DNA of 64,000 nt, from NCBI RefSeq assembly GCF_001447785.1, contig NW_015161963.1:124001-188000 (forward strand), written 5' to 3'. This document shows positions 63,239 through 64,000 of the stretch, one piece after another. Numbering within the stretch: the stretch's first letter is position 1; each line of letters begins with the position of its first letter. The notes beneath the pieces are model-generated. The model was not told the DNA's origin and did no database searches. It worked only from the letters and a program-made list of their open reading frames with translations. Source of the DNA: Gekko japonicus (taxonomy: Eukaryota). The translations under genes were made by a program, and so were the position numbers.

Positions 63239-64000
63239 GACTAGATGGATCACTGGTCTGATCCAGCAGGGCTCTTTTTATGTTCTTATGGCTCAGAATA
63301 CTTTTGTTTTCCCTCTGGGATTGCACCCACTGCAGCTCTTGGTCCCTCAGGTGTCAGATCCTGTCCTGAGTCAGCCATGGCAAGCTAGTTGCCCCCAGGT
63401 ATGCTTTTACAACACAGATAAAAATTTGTGATCACTTGGCCCTGATAGATGGGGTAACTGCGATTTTGTGCAAGGCCTATCCTCTGGCAACTCACACAAC
63501 TGATTAGACTGCTCGCATGAATGGCAATTTCTTGTGAGAGTTAGCTGCCAGAAATGTCATCTGAGCTTGCTCTCAGAACTTTGGTCTTTTGTTTAGACTT
63601 GGGAACATGTGAGGATGTTCAGTTGATTTGCTCCCCACTCCACATGGTTTAGGTAAAACCCCGAGCACCCTAGCATACAGCAAAGATACTTAAATACCTT
63701 AATAATCAAGAAGTTATGACGGGAGGAAGAAATTTGAAGTTTTAATGCAGACATTCTACTGGGAGTTGCAGCTGTGCCAAAAGCACATTCTATATGGCCA
63801 AAGATACTGAGCTGTGCCAAAGGCACTCCAATTCTGTACCAAGGAAATCTCAAAACTGAAAAGTTCACAACTTGTGAGCCTCTGAGGCAGGTCGTCTGTT
63901 CTGTGTTTCTGTACAGTGCTGTTATCTGCCTTGAGCTTTAGATAGGAAGATATTTTCCAGTGGGCAGCCATGTTTGTCTGTGGTAGCAGAACAAAAATGA

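Larger units (their letters stand above)
62020..63290 (+). mobile_element. CR1 3' fragment hosting two nested insertions
   Basis: SYEEMLNSLGLFSLEKRQPREDMIEVYKIM; tail TTTTATGTTCTTATG. Confidence 0.85.

Overview
Vertebrate genomic DNA from a squamate reptile, probably a gecko (inferred from the repeat families: Sauria SINE, BovB, Squam3-like tRNA SINEs, CR1). It contains three spliced protein-coding genes whose exons I reconstructed by hand from GT-AG sites and reading phase. (1) RNF185, minus strand: coding exons at 7424-7596, 5542-5560, 2597-2709 and 1206-1260; the last exons lie left of the window; promoter near 13.2-13.65 kb. (2) C12orf43/CUSTOS, plus strand: 6 exons, 15813-~28082, with an N-gap in the last exon. 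(3) HNF1A, minus strand: complete, 10 exons, 55167-31685, 1944-nt CDS, 647 aa, with a strongly conserved HNF4/TATA-like/FOXA proximal promoter. The rest is intron or intergenic DNA dense in retroelements and MITEs, several with readable target-site duplications (TSDs). I see no prokaryote-type system (CRISPR, operon, phage) and no new protein-coding gene. The best candidates for undescribed biology are all inferences: an apparent 45-nt extension of HNF1A exon 5 after loss of the ancestral splice acceptor; an HNF1/GATA/TATA cluster plus antisense splice donor in HNF1A intron 1 placed like the mammalian HASTER (HNF1A-AS1) promoter; a fold-back CR1 hairpin in HNF1A intron 5; Penelope-derived palindromic insertions; and a 5S-rRNA-headed SINE whose tail matches an RTE LINE in the same window. 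Comparisons with human sequences are from memory and need alignment to confirm.
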